Positions 27,855 to 37,266 of a stretch of DNA of 64,000 nt are shown here, piece by piece (position 1 is the first letter of the stretch; each line of letters begins with the position of its first letter). The DNA comes from a virus (lineage: Duplodnaviria; Caudoviricetes). The DNA is taken from IMG/VR virus record IMGVR_UViG_3300036794_000053, positions 1 to 64,000 of that record. One strand, given 5' to 3'. The notes below the pieces were generated by a model. That model was not told where the DNA came from and made no database searches. It saw only the letters and a list, made by a program, of their open reading frames with translations. Made by a program: the position numbers and the translations under genes.

Positions 27855-27929
27855 GCGCGGGTGGCTTAGGTGCTAGGTTCTTGGCTCTGATCAGGCTGTT
27901 GGACACAGGTTCGACTCCTGTCCCGCGCT
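27855..27929 (+). ncRNA. tRNA-like element (possibly degenerate tRNA-Gln CTG)
   Basis: Perfect acceptor GCGCGGG/CCCGCGC and T arm ACAGG-TTCGACT-CCTGT; non-canonical D and anticodon arms. Confidence 0.6.
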
Positions 27930-27949
27930 CAGGTTGAGGAGAGGTCAAT

Positions 27950-28246
27950 ATGTTGAGCGAGCAGTTCACGAAGTCGAGTTTCTCGGTGTTGAGCTGTGTT
28001 GAGGTGGCGTACCGCAAGTCCTCGTTCTGTGGCCACCCCGGCTGTGTCGAGGTGGGTGCCGGCGACGACGGGCATGTGCACATGAGGGACTCGAAGGACC
28101 CGGATGGCACGGTGTTGACGTTCACCCGCGAGGAATGGGAGTTGTTCCTGGCGGGTGCGAAGGCCGGCGAGTTTGATCTTCCCCTTCCTCGCGCTGGTGT
28201 CGAGGTCGGGTATCTGTTCGCTCAGAGCGTTGTTGAGGGTGGCTGA
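27950..28246 (+). CDS. DUF397 protein with duplicated N-terminal motif
   Basis: KSSFS..SCVEVA then RKSSFC...GCVEV; RDSKDP; FTREEWELFLAGAKAGEFD. Confidence 0.9.
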   Translation: MLSEQFTKSSFSVLSCVEVAYRKSSFCGHPGCVEVGAGDDGHVHMRDSKDPDGTVLTFTREEWELFLAGAKAGEFDLPLPRAGVEVGYLFAQSVVEGG

Positions 28247-28961
28247 TGGCTCATTCGCCGCACCGCCGGTGGAAGGGTTGCCAGTTGTGTAAGCCGCAGA
28301 AGTTCCGTGATCTGGGTCGGGCTAGGCGTGATCCGTTCGCGGTGCGTCGGAAGCTGGGTACCAGGCGGCGGGCTGGTCGGCATGATGTGCCGGCGGATCA
28401 GTGTGAAGCTGCTTCGTAGGTGGCGTTGCCACGGTTCGTGGTGGTGTTGCCAGTATTGCGACGAGCCGATGTGCAATGGCTGGCATGATCCGCACCTGGT
28501 TGCTAGGTGGTTTTACCGTCGCCGTGTGAGGAGAGAGCAGCGACGCGAAGAACGCGAGGACGAAGAAAAGCGTGAACGGCAACGGCGAGAGGCAGATGAG
28601 TGGCGTGAACGGCGCCGACGCACCTACGGTTGGTGAGCGGATCGCGCCGGTGCAGGTGGTGTGTGGGATGTGCGGCCGGTGGGGTGTGCGTAAGCCGGGC
28701 GACGAAACGTTGATCATGCACCTGGGCAGGATCGCGCCATGCCGGGAGAAGAATGGCTAGGTTGTTGGGTGCGTCGCATTACTGGCGTTCTTGGCATTGT
28801 GGTTGGCGCAGCTCGCCTTGGGCGGCTAAGTGGCCGAGAGCTGTGCAGGTTTCGTTTAAACGGCGGCAGCGTAAGGTTGAGAACCGTCGTTGGCGTAAGG
28901 ATCAACTCCACCCGAATGGGTGATCAAATCAGCGGGGCGGCCCACGTTACGGTGCCAATCA

Positions 28962-29552
28962 ATGAACTCTGAACTCGACTTCTCCCGGTTCCACCCACTT
29001 GACCACCGACCCGGCGGCGCCCGGTGCCGCTCGCTGTATGGCGGCACGCGGAATCACCTGGTGATGGCGTGGCAGTTCAAGTGGTCCGCGCGGCTGCGTG
29101 AGCTGACGTTGTGCCGGCTGGGCTGGCATGAGCGCTGCACCGCAACGTCCTACAACTCGGACGGTACGGAACGGAAGCGGCAGGCATGTTGGTCGTGCGG
29201 CGCCGATCTGCGGTGCCGGCACCGGTGGATTTACGGCCAGCTGGACGGTGAGATCGTTGAGCATTGCCAGCTGTGTTCCGTCGAGGCGCCTGATCGGGGT
29301 GTCAAGGTCCATGCGTGGCTGAGGAAGCATCACTTGCCTCGTATCCATGGGTGTATTTGGGATCGGCATTGCCGGTTCTGGTGTCCGTGTGCGCGGGTGT
29401 CGTTGTATTGGGGTCCGTTGTCGGTTGATGTTGAGCTGCCTGGTTATTGGGTGGGTATGGACCTTGACTTTGAGACGCATATTGCGGTGCGGCGGCGGAT
29501 GTGGGAACGCGGCCACGTCAGTTGTCATTGGAGGCAGCAACGCTGGCACTGA
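28962..29552 (+). CDS. Cys/His-rich hypothetical protein
   Basis: ORF with several Zn-ligand pairs. Confidence 0.55.
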   Translation: MNSELDFSRFHPLDHRPGGARCRSLYGGTRNHLVMAWQFKWSARLRELTLCRLGWHERCTATSYNSDGTERKRQACWSCGADLRCRHRWIYGQLDGEIVEHCQLCSVEAPDRGVKVHAWLRKHHLPRIHGCIWDRHCRFWCPCARVSLYWGPLSVDVELPGYWVGMDLDFETHIAVRRRMWERGHVSCHWRQQRWH

Positions 29553-29577
29553 GAGCCTCAGAGAGCTCTGAACGCGC

Positions 29578-29612
29578 AACAGCCCGGCTCCCTTGATAGG
29601 GGCCGGGCTGTT
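29578..29612. terminator. Hairpin between convergent genes
   Basis: AACAGCCCGGCTCC-N7-GGGGCCGGGCTGTT. Confidence 0.65.
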
Positions 29613-29624
29613 TGCTGCGCAGCG

Positions 29625-30131
29625 TCAGACTGAGACGCCGTTCGTCTCCGGCCTGGGTGCCGGCATCGGGACCGTGATACGTCCCCGATCCAGCCGGCTG
29701 ACATCTCGGCCGTTCTCGAACGCATCCCACACGTCATCAGGCAACCGGCCGCCGCCCATCTCGCCGCCGCCGATGTCGCGGAACCATTGCCGAACCTCCG
29801 CGACCTCTTCCTTGCTGTGCTTAATTCCCTTCGCGCGCGGCTTGCTGGTCACAGCGTCTGAGTCAGCAACAGTGGGTACGTGCGTGTCGCCGAGCTGCTC
29901 TCTGATGAGGTCGTGGGTGCGGATGACCGCACGGCCCTTGGCGTTGGGGTCTACGACCTCGCGCGCGGCCCGAAGGTACGGGCCCAGCAGCTCGGCTAGC
30001 TTCCGCTGCTCCTTGTCGGACAGATCGATCTCATACTTTTTGTGGAACAGGCTGAACGGGACCGCGCCGCCGTCGCCCGGCTCTAGGTATTCGCCGGTCA
30101 AGTCGTCGGTGGTGAGGACTACCTTACCCAT
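29625..30131 (-). CDS. lsr2: Lsr2-like nucleoid-associated protein
   Basis: DDLTG...YEIDLS dimerisation domain; EVRQW...GRLP DNA-binding domain. Confidence 0.85.
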   Translation of the reverse strand: MGKVVLTTDDLTGEYLEPGDGGAVPFSLFHKKYEIDLSDKEQRKLAELLGPYLRAAREVVDPNAKGRAVIRTHDLIREQLGDTHVPTVADSDAVTSKPRAKGIKHSKEEVAEVRQWFRDIGGGEMGGGRLPDDVWDAFENGRDVSRLDRGRITVPMPAPRPETNGVSV

Positions 30132-30134
30132 GGG

Positions 30135-30674
30135 TCAGGCTCCTTTGCGCTGGTCGAGGTAGGTGCGCTGAGTGGGGATCGCGCGACGCAGGTCGGTGAG
30201 GGACATGCTCTCGAACGCGACGCTCATGGCGAGGTTCCCGATCTGCTTCGGCTTCGCCCGGCCCTTGCCTTTGACCACGTACTGTTCGCCGTTGCGGCCT
30301 TCGATGTAGCTGGTGTCGTCCGCTATCAGTTCGAACGTCAGCCGGCCCTTCCGGTTCCGCCTGACCGCCCAGCGCTGCCGCTTCACCGCCATCTCGCAGG
30401 ACAGGCAGCGCATCTCCCTGACCAGCGAGCCGTCATTGGTTTGGTAGTTGAAGATGGTGGGGTCGGCCGGGTCGTCTTCGTAGAGGTGGCGGCCGCGGCG
30501 GCGGCAACGGATCGCTCCGGGGGACGCTTTGCGCACGATGTCTTCGGCGTCGGCGTCTGACATGGGAGCGCCGGGTGACAGCTGCTCCGCCTCTTCCTGT
30601 TGCTCCCCTTGGATCGACATGAACTGGGGGCTCTGCACCAGAGTTGGCCGTCGCCTTGTCGTTGTCGCTGCCAT
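30135..30674 (-). CDS. Hypothetical protein
   Basis: RBS and co-orientation with lsr2. Confidence 0.65.
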   Translation of the reverse strand: MAATTTRRRPTLVQSPQFMSIQGEQQEEAEQLSPGAPMSDADAEDIVRKASPGAIRCRRRGRHLYEDDPADPTIFNYQTNDGSLVREMRCLSCEMAVKRQRWAVRRNRKGRLTFELIADDTSYIEGRNGEQYVVKGKGRAKPKQIGNLAMSVAFESMSLTDLRRAIPTQRTYLDQRKGA

Positions 30675-30803
30675 TTGTTGTTGCCCTTCTTAGGGTGTGT
30701 TGTTGTCGCACTTCCCATTGTTGGGGTTAGTGCACCTTCAGTGTGGCACAGAAATTGCTGCGGGTGAGTGTAGACCCACACAGCGGCGCGTCAAAACCAA
30801 GGC

Positions 30804-31028
30804 TCACAGCACATCCCACAGCACCGAGTGCCGGTGACGGTACGGAGCCGGCTCGTCACCGAGAAGCAACACCCGGCGGGCGGCGCGCCGGGCACGACGA
30901 TTCTCCAGCTGCCGCTGCCACTTCACACGGCTCTGGTGGGGGCTCACGTACATGCGGACGACGGAGTGGTAGACGAGGCCCTGGGCGGCGCGTAGCCGCG
31001 GGGGCGTCGTGTTGTCAGTTCGAGACAT
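30804..31028 (-). CDS. Small basic hypothetical protein
   Basis: MSRTD...Arg-rich ORF. Confidence 0.55.
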   Translation of the reverse strand: MSRTDNTTPPRLRAAQGLVYHSVVRMYVSPHQSRVKWQRQLENRRARRAARRVLLLGDEPAPYRHRHSVLWDVL

Positions 31029-31730
31029 CTACCCAGGCATAGAACCAATTGTTCCACACGGGGGCAGATTTATGGGCAGGCTTCCGAAACCGAAGATCAC
31101 TAAGCATTCCTACTTCGGCGCGGCCGGCGACATCTACAACTGCCCCACCATCGCCTCGATCGACCGCCACGTCATCGCGCTCACCGAACGTATCCACACG
31201 TGCAGCCCGTGGCGGGCGGCCACGTTGAAAGCTTTGCAAGAAGACAGGGACATGTTGCTTGATCTGCGCTGGGCGAAAGCTAAGCGGCAGCGAGTGACGT
31301 CCCACTAAGCAGTTCCCTGGTTGTCCAACACCCGCGTCGAGTCTTTGTGCGCACGGCGGCTCGTTGTGACATGGCTGGGGAACAACATTTCCCGATGAGC
31401 AGGGGGCGGCGCCGGTTGCCGTTCGGCGTCGGTTCAACTGGCGTCGCTCCTTCCCGGGACAAATCCATTAGGGAGAAGTGTGCCGATTAACGCCCGCATG
31501 TGGGGAGCCATTGTCATCGCGGTGGTGGTGTTAATTCTCATCGCGTTCGCCGTGTCCAGTTGCGGCCCGACTGTGGTTGCGCATCGGACTGTTGTCGTGC
31601 CGCGGACTGTGGTCCGGACTGTTGCACCACCGCCGAAGCGGTGTTTCTTCCACTGCTCGTCGCCTAGGACTACGCCGCGTCGTGGGCTGCTCTCCCATTT
31701 TCGTAAGCCCGCCCTGAAGACGAGGAAGTC

Positions 31731-32252
31731 ATGACCGCTGTCCAGTATCTTCCCACTAGTGTTATTGCCCCGAACGTTGTGAGTTTCGTGCAGTACACCC
31801 CCGGTCGCACCGTGACCGATGGTGTGCTGAACACCACTACCACTGTCACGTCGGCGACTGCCGCGTTTACGTCGTCGGATGTGGGTGCCGCGATCTCTGG
31901 CGGCTCCATTCCAGTTAACGCCACGATCGCGTCGGTCACTAACGGCACCACTGTGATCATTTCCAACGCGGCCACTGGTTCAGCTACTGGTGTGACGTTG
32001 ACGATTACTCGGACTACCGCGTTGGCGGCACCGATCTTTGGGACCGCGTTGACGAGTGCGTATGCGGCGACTGCTGGGACTATCCAAACTTTCGTGGACA
32101 CCCAGGTCACCGGCAATGTGCTCGTGGTGAGTAACGACGTCGAGGTTGAGACGGTGCCGCCGACCTATTGGTTGGGGTTCAACCATGGGCAGTGGTCGAT
32201 GTTCTCGCCGGCCGCGTTGGCCGCTACCTACTCTCAGTACTTCCTGAGCTAA
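31731..32252 (+). CDS. Thr/Ala-rich beta protein, possibly virion-associated
   Basis: GAGGAAG RBS; composition. Confidence 0.65.
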   Translation: MTAVQYLPTSVIAPNVVSFVQYTPGRTVTDGVLNTTTTVTSATAAFTSSDVGAAISGGSIPVNATIASVTNGTTVIISNAATGSATGVTLTITRTTALAAPIFGTALTSAYAATAGTIQTFVDTQVTGNVLVVSNDVEVETVPPTYWLGFNHGQWSMFSPAALAATYSQYFLS

Positions 32253-32262
32253 GGAGTTTCTT

Positions 32263-33219
32263 GTGTCCCGTGTGCGCGGACATTATGGGCGCCGACCGAA
32301 TGATCCAGCGCGCCCACGAGTTGAACTGAAACCAGCCGGAACGTTGAACCCGCCAGCATCGGTGAATTACTACTCGAATGTGCCGGCGTGGGGCATGCTG
32401 GCCAACGGCCCGGACAACTCCATCCCCAGCCTGCCGAACTTTTCAGGCTGCGGGGACTGCACGCTAGCTGGTGTTGGCCACCTCGTTGATGAGGTGGCGG
32501 TCGATGCGCAGGGTATCGCCGCGCCGGCCACTTCGGTTGAGGCGTTGAACGCGTATATCGCCATCACCGGCTACAACCCTAAGACCGGCAGCAACGACAA
32601 CGGCGCCGAGCTTCAGCAGGTTTTGCAATGGTGGACGGCTAACGGTTTCGCCGGCTACACCCCATCGGCGTACGCCGAGGTGGATGTCACGAATGTGCCG
32701 CTGGTGCAGACGTGTATCGCCGCGTTCGGCGCCTTGTATACGGGGTTCGAGGTGCCGGCCGCGTTCGAGACACAGTTCGATGCCGGCCAGCCGTGGTCGG
32801 TGCCGACTGGGCGCAGCGGTAGCCAGATTGTGGGCGGCCATTGCGTCCCGTTCGTGGGGTACGACGCCTCATATATCTATTGCGTGACGTGGGGTGCTGT
32901 CCAGCCGATCACGTATGCGGCGGTGGCTAAGTACTGGGGCAAGCAAATGGGTGGCGAAGCGTGGGCTGTGGTTCTCCCGCAGGAGGTTGAGGCTTCGGGT
33001 TCGACTTATGAGGGTTTGGATACGGCGACGGCGAATGCTGATTGGCAGTCGTTGACCGGCAGCACCGCGTCCCCGTTCCCGACCGTCACCCCAACACCCA
33101 CCCCTACTCCTACTCCTACTCCTACTCCTTCTCCGAGTAGTGCGACCGCGTTGCTGCAGTCGATCCAAACGCAGATCACGCAGTTCCTCGCGGCCGCCCC
33201 GCATCACCACGGCCACTAA
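32263..33219 (+). CDS. Papain-like (C1-type) cysteine peptidase with PT linker
   Basis: GCGDCTLAG (Cys), GGHCVPFVGYD (His), TWG; (PT)n at about 33085-33130. Confidence 0.7.
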   Translation: MSRVRGHYGRRPNDPARPRVELKPAGTLNPPASVNYYSNVPAWGMLANGPDNSIPSLPNFSGCGDCTLAGVGHLVDEVAVDAQGIAAPATSVEALNAYIAITGYNPKTGSNDNGAELQQVLQWWTANGFAGYTPSAYAEVDVTNVPLVQTCIAAFGALYTGFEVPAAFETQFDAGQPWSVPTGRSGSQIVGGHCVPFVGYDASYIYCVTWGAVQPITYAAVAKYWGKQMGGEAWAVVLPQEVEASGSTYEGLDTATANADWQSLTGSTASPFPTVTPTPTPTPTPTPTPSPSSATALLQSIQTQITQFLAAAPHHHGH

Positions 33220-33656
33220 TGCCCTTCTGGGGAGGCGGAATGCCGGACGAGCATCACGGCGGTTACGTCACGCAAACAGAGTTCGTGGCCGCCATGGAAC
33301 ACATGTGGGACTACGTCCTGCAACAAACAGACGCAATCAACAAGCTAGGAGCAGATCAGGTGGCAACCCAGGCTGACATTGACGCCCTCACTACCCAGGT
33401 TCAGACGCTGGATTCGCAGGTGACCACTCTGACCGGCCAGCTGCAGGCGCAGGATTCGCAGGTGCAGAACGCGATCACTAATATTAATGCGGAGATCGCC
33501 GCGTTGCAGCAGGCGAACCCGGCTCTTGATGTGTCTGGTTTGCAGTCGGCTGTTGCGCAGCTGGCCACGGACCAGGCCACCGAGGGTGCGGCGGATGAGC
33601 AGTTGGCGACCGATGTGTCTACCGTGGACACCATCGCCCCGCAGCCGGGCGGTTAA
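33219..33656 (+). CDS. Coiled-coil protein
   Basis: Heptad Q/T/L repeats; alternative internal start at 33360. Confidence 0.65.
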   Translation: MPFWGGGMPDEHHGGYVTQTEFVAAMEHMWDYVLQQTDAINKLGADQVATQADIDALTTQVQTLDSQVTTLTGQLQAQDSQVQNAITNINAEIAALQQANPALDVSGLQSAVAQLATDQATEGAADEQLATDVSTVDTIAPQPGG

Positions 33657-33724
33657 ATTCCGATGGGGGTGTGTGGTCTAGAAAGCCACACACCCCCACC
33701 CCCTAACGCCGAAGGGGCAACACG

Positions 33725-34330
33725 TTGTTCGAGAGGTTCACCGACCGGGCTAGGCGTGTGACTGTCCTCGCCACCGAGGAAGCCCGCCGCCTCAGCCACA
33801 GTTATCTGGGCACCGAGCATCTTCTTCTCGGGTTGATTCATGAGGGTGAGGGTGTCGCCGCCCAGGTGTTGGCCGCGTTGAACATTGAGCTTGATGCGGT
33901 GCGTAAGGAAGTTGAACGCATCATCGGGTTCGGTCAGCGGGCGCCGTCTGGGCATATCCCGTTCACCCCACGAGCCAAGAAAGTTCTTGAGCTGGCGTTG
34001 CGTGAAGCATTACAGCTGGGGAACAACTACATCGGCACCGAACACATCCTCCTCGGCATTATCAGTGAGGGTGAAGGCGTCGCCGCGCAGGTGTTGGTGA
34101 CGTTGGGCGCCGATTTGGAAACCACCCGTATGAAGGTGGTCGAAGTTGTGGGGGGAGACCGGCGGGAACCCGGCGGCAACAAGCCGGAGCGGAACATGCA
34201 GGTGTGGAACATCCTTAACAGGCTCGCTCAGCGTCCCGACGACCATGAGGTTGTCGACTACCAGTTCATGACGACTGAAAAGAATGGCGAAATCACCGAG
34301 ACTTTGACGATTCGCTGGCGGCCTCAGTAA
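33725..34330 (+). CDS. Stand-alone ClpC N-terminal (Clp repeat) domain protein
   Basis: MFERFTDRARRV...GTEHLLLGLIHEGEGVAA...GHIPFTPRAKKVLELALREALQLG; no AAA module. Confidence 0.92.
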   Translation: MFERFTDRARRVTVLATEEARRLSHSYLGTEHLLLGLIHEGEGVAAQVLAALNIELDAVRKEVERIIGFGQRAPSGHIPFTPRAKKVLELALREALQLGNNYIGTEHILLGIISEGEGVAAQVLVTLGADLETTRMKVVEVVGGDRREPGGNKPERNMQVWNILNRLAQRPDDHEVVDYQFMTTEKNGEITETLTIRWRPQ

Positions 34331-34344
34331 CCCGAAGGGTTGAG

Positions 34345-34917
34345 ATGGGGCAACACAGCAAGACCAGCGGCAGTCGTTTAGCGGTGCTGTTCGGGGCGGT
34401 CGCGGCGTTGCCGTTGACGCAGGGCACCGCGCTCGCCGATAGCCACCCGTCCATTGACTGGTCACCGATTATCCAGTGTGAGTCGGGTGGGAATCCGCAG
34501 GCACATAACCCGCGGACATCCGCGTCGGGTTTGTTTCAGTTCATGGCTGGCACGTGGCGGTCATTGGGTGGCCTGGCGTTTGGCCGTACCGCGGCGGACG
34601 CTACACCGCGGGAGCAGGAACGGATCGCTGACCGGGCTTATGCCAGTGAGGGGTTGGGTCCGTGGGAGGCGTCGCGGGATTGTTGGAGCGGGCGCGCGGT
34701 CCGCCGCAGCGTCCATGTGTACGCGCGGCGCACCACACACCACTTGTTCCGCCGTACTCGGGTGGAGCGGGTGGTGACGTACACGGTGCGGGCGGGTGAC
34801 ACATTGTCCAGTATCGCCGCGGCGCGCGGGTATTCGTGGGAGCAGTTGTGGTCGCAGAACCGGGCGGCTGTCCGTAACCCGAATCGGGTGTATCCGGGGT
34901 TGACGATTTCGTTGTGA
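34345..34917 (+). CDS. rpf: Resuscitation-promoting-factor-like transglycosylase + LysM
   Basis: Signal peptide; WSPIIQCESGG, GLFQF, EQERIA, GPW; LysM YTVRAGDTLSSIA. Confidence 0.9.
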   Translation: MGQHSKTSGSRLAVLFGAVAALPLTQGTALADSHPSIDWSPIIQCESGGNPQAHNPRTSASGLFQFMAGTWRSLGGLAFGRTAADATPREQERIADRAYASEGLGPWEASRDCWSGRAVRRSVHVYARRTTHHLFRRTRVERVVTYTVRAGDTLSSIAAARGYSWEQLWSQNRAAVRNPNRVYPGLTISL

Positions 34918-35345
34918 GGGTGACTATGCCGCATCTGCATCCGGCGAATCAGGCGAGACATGATGACCTTACCCTTGGCCAGCGGGTTGCTGATGCGGTG
35001 ACTACGGGGTTTGGTTCGTGGCGGTTCATCATCTGGCAGTCCATTGTGGTCGCCGGTTGGATCACGTTGAACTTGGTCGGGTGGGCGCACCACTGGGACG
35101 TCTACCCCTACATTTTGCTGAACCTGGTGTTCTCCACCCAGGCCGCGTATGCGGCGCCGTTGATTCTGCTCGCGCAGAACCGCCAGGAGGAACACGACCG
35201 GGTCAAGGCCGAGCATGACTATGTGGTGAACGAGGAGTCGTTGAAGTTGCTGCGTGGTATTGCGTGCGGTGAGATCGCTATCTCGGTGGCGCAGGAAGCT
35301 ATTGCCGCGGATGTGTCCGGGATCGCGGAGCGTCTCGATGAGTGA
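34914..35345 (+). CDS. DUF1003 membrane protein
   Basis: GSWRFI...DVYPYILLNLVFSTQAAYAAPLILLAQNRQ. Confidence 0.88.
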   Translation: MRVTMPHLHPANQARHDDLTLGQRVADAVTTGFGSWRFIIWQSIVVAGWITLNLVGWAHHWDVYPYILLNLVFSTQAAYAAPLILLAQNRQEEHDRVKAEHDYVVNEESLKLLRGIACGEIAISVAQEAIAADVSGIAERLDE

Positions 35346-36294
35346 GCTTGCGCCGATCCCGTGGCCACCCACCCTCACCCCAACGTGGACGGAGGTTCCG
35401 GGTGCGCGTAACACGGACCCGCTGCCCCGCGCCGATGTTCTGGTGGTCACGTACACCGCGGCTGAGGGCGAGGCCCTGGCGGACGTTCTGACGCCGGGTT
35501 ATCCGAGCTCGGGTTGGATGCCGTACCTGAATGGTTGGGGCGATCTGAAGCCGCTGGTGGGGCCGGGCGGGCCGTCTCTGGAGTCGGACCGGGCCGGCCT
35601 GTGGGCGGTGACCAGTATCGGCAACGCGAAGGCTGTCCTGGTCAAGTCTGATCTGCACCCGGCGACTGACGGGCCGAAGCTGCCCATGGTTGTGTTGTGG
35701 CGGCAGATGGTGGCGCAGGTACGGCCGTCGTTGATCATCACCACCGGCACCGCTGGTGGGGTGGGTGCGTACACCGAGCTCGGCGACGTCATCGTGACGA
35801 GCTCGGTGCGGTGGGACGCGCGGACCAAGTTCAGGTCGGAGTCGTGGGCGCAGGCCAGCTACACCAGCAGCGGCGGGTCGGCGATCCTGGGCTCGGGCCT
35901 GGTGCAGGGCTATCTGAACTGGGGGTTGGCCAAGCTGATGCCGATCAACCTGGCCAAGGTGCCGCGCCCGACAGTTGAGCCGCAGCTGCACGCCGGCACG
36001 ACAGTGACCACTGACTTCTTCGCGTTCGACGACGCCGCTGACCACTACGGGTTACGTGCCTATGAGCCGGATGCGTGTGCGGTGGAGATGGATGATGCGG
36101 CGTTGCCGCTTGCGCTGGGGGATGATCCGACGCCGTGGATATCCGTGCGCAACGCCAGCGACCCGCAGATGGATGGGCCGAACCTGAAGTCCGAGGACCA
36201 GGAAGCGGCGGATATTTACCGTAGGTATGGCTATTACACGACGAGTTGCTCGGCGATTGCGTGTTGGGCAATCATCGCCGGGCTAGGAGTGTGA
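35338..36294 (+). CDS. Nucleoside phosphorylase/nucleosidase (PNP_UDP_1)-like protein
   Basis: IITTGTAGG, LGDVIV, AVEMD, VRNASD. Confidence 0.75.
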   Translation: MSELAPIPWPPTLTPTWTEVPGARNTDPLPRADVLVVTYTAAEGEALADVLTPGYPSSGWMPYLNGWGDLKPLVGPGGPSLESDRAGLWAVTSIGNAKAVLVKSDLHPATDGPKLPMVVLWRQMVAQVRPSLIITTGTAGGVGAYTELGDVIVTSSVRWDARTKFRSESWAQASYTSSGGSAILGSGLVQGYLNWGLAKLMPINLAKVPRPTVEPQLHAGTTVTTDFFAFDDAADHYGLRAYEPDACAVEMDDAALPLALGDDPTPWISVRNASDPQMDGPNLKSEDQEAADIYRRYGYYTTSCSAIACWAIIAGLGV

Positions 36295-36753
36295 GTGCAG
36301 TCGAAGATGCCACCGGTCTTTGTCTTCAAAGACAAGGACGTCAATGTGTGGCGTTGGACGTGTCGCCAGTGTTCGCAGTCTGAGTGGCGTGGCCGCCATG
36401 ACGAGGCGTTGAGCGACGCGCAGAAACATATCCGGTCGCACGAGTCGTTCGGTTTTAAACGCTAGTCCCCGCTACGCCGAATTGGGGTTGTTTGTTATGG
36501 CTTGCAATAATTGTAGGGCGGGTGTGGCTGTCACGTTCGTTGACGCCCCCGAGTCTCGCCGGTTCACGGCGTCCCGTATGCGGCTCACCGAGCAGGGGTA
36601 TCTGAATCTGTTTGATGATTCGAAACCTACCCAGCTGGTGGCTACGGTGGCACCGGGTCATTGGAAGGTCGCCGAGTATGTGGAAGCGCAGGCGTTGTGC
36701 CGCTGCTCGGGGTTCAGCCTGACACCGCTGCATAACATGGTCAGCGTTCAGCA

Positions 36754-37152
36754 GTGAATAGCATGCTGCACATTCGGGGCGGCACCGACTATGCGGACGC
36801 GATCGGGATTCTGTTGAGGCAGCTCGGTCCGTCGGGTCCGTTCTGGCGGTACGCGAAAGAACCCAGCGACTATAAGACACCGCCGTTGTCGTTCCCGCCG
36901 AACACGGATTGGTTGGCCGAGGCGCGCAGCATGGCGGTAGCCATGGACAAAAGGTTGATCCAGACGAAGACCGGCACCTGGGTGGTTGTTGACCCGGACG
37001 AGTGGAACCCGCGGGTCGACGAGGAACGCGACCTACTTCTCGAGTTGGCGTTCCAAATGCGCGAACTCGAACCCGACACGCTACTGGGCCGCATGTCACG
37101 GATGCAGTGGGACGAGTGGCAGGACTGGCTGCGGAAACGGCGCGCCGCATAA
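36754..37152 (+). CDS. Hypothetical protein
   Basis: ORF in rightward run. Confidence 0.55.
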   Translation: MNSMLHIRGGTDYADAIGILLRQLGPSGPFWRYAKEPSDYKTPPLSFPPNTDWLAEARSMAVAMDKRLIQTKTGTWVVVDPDEWNPRVDEERDLLLELAFQMRELEPDTLLGRMSRMQWDEWQDWLRKRRAA

Positions 37153-37266
37153 AGCAAGGGAGCGTTGCCATGTGGGCGAAACTATCCAAGCTACTAGCCA
37201 AGTTGGTGAAGCGTTGCGAATGCGCCAGCTGCGAGCTGCGCCGCCGAGTGTTGAAAGGGCGGCACC

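Noticed and set aside
33085-33130. (CCTACT)n tandem repeat as a regulatory or contingency locus
   Set aside because: Encodes an in-frame Pro-Thr linker.
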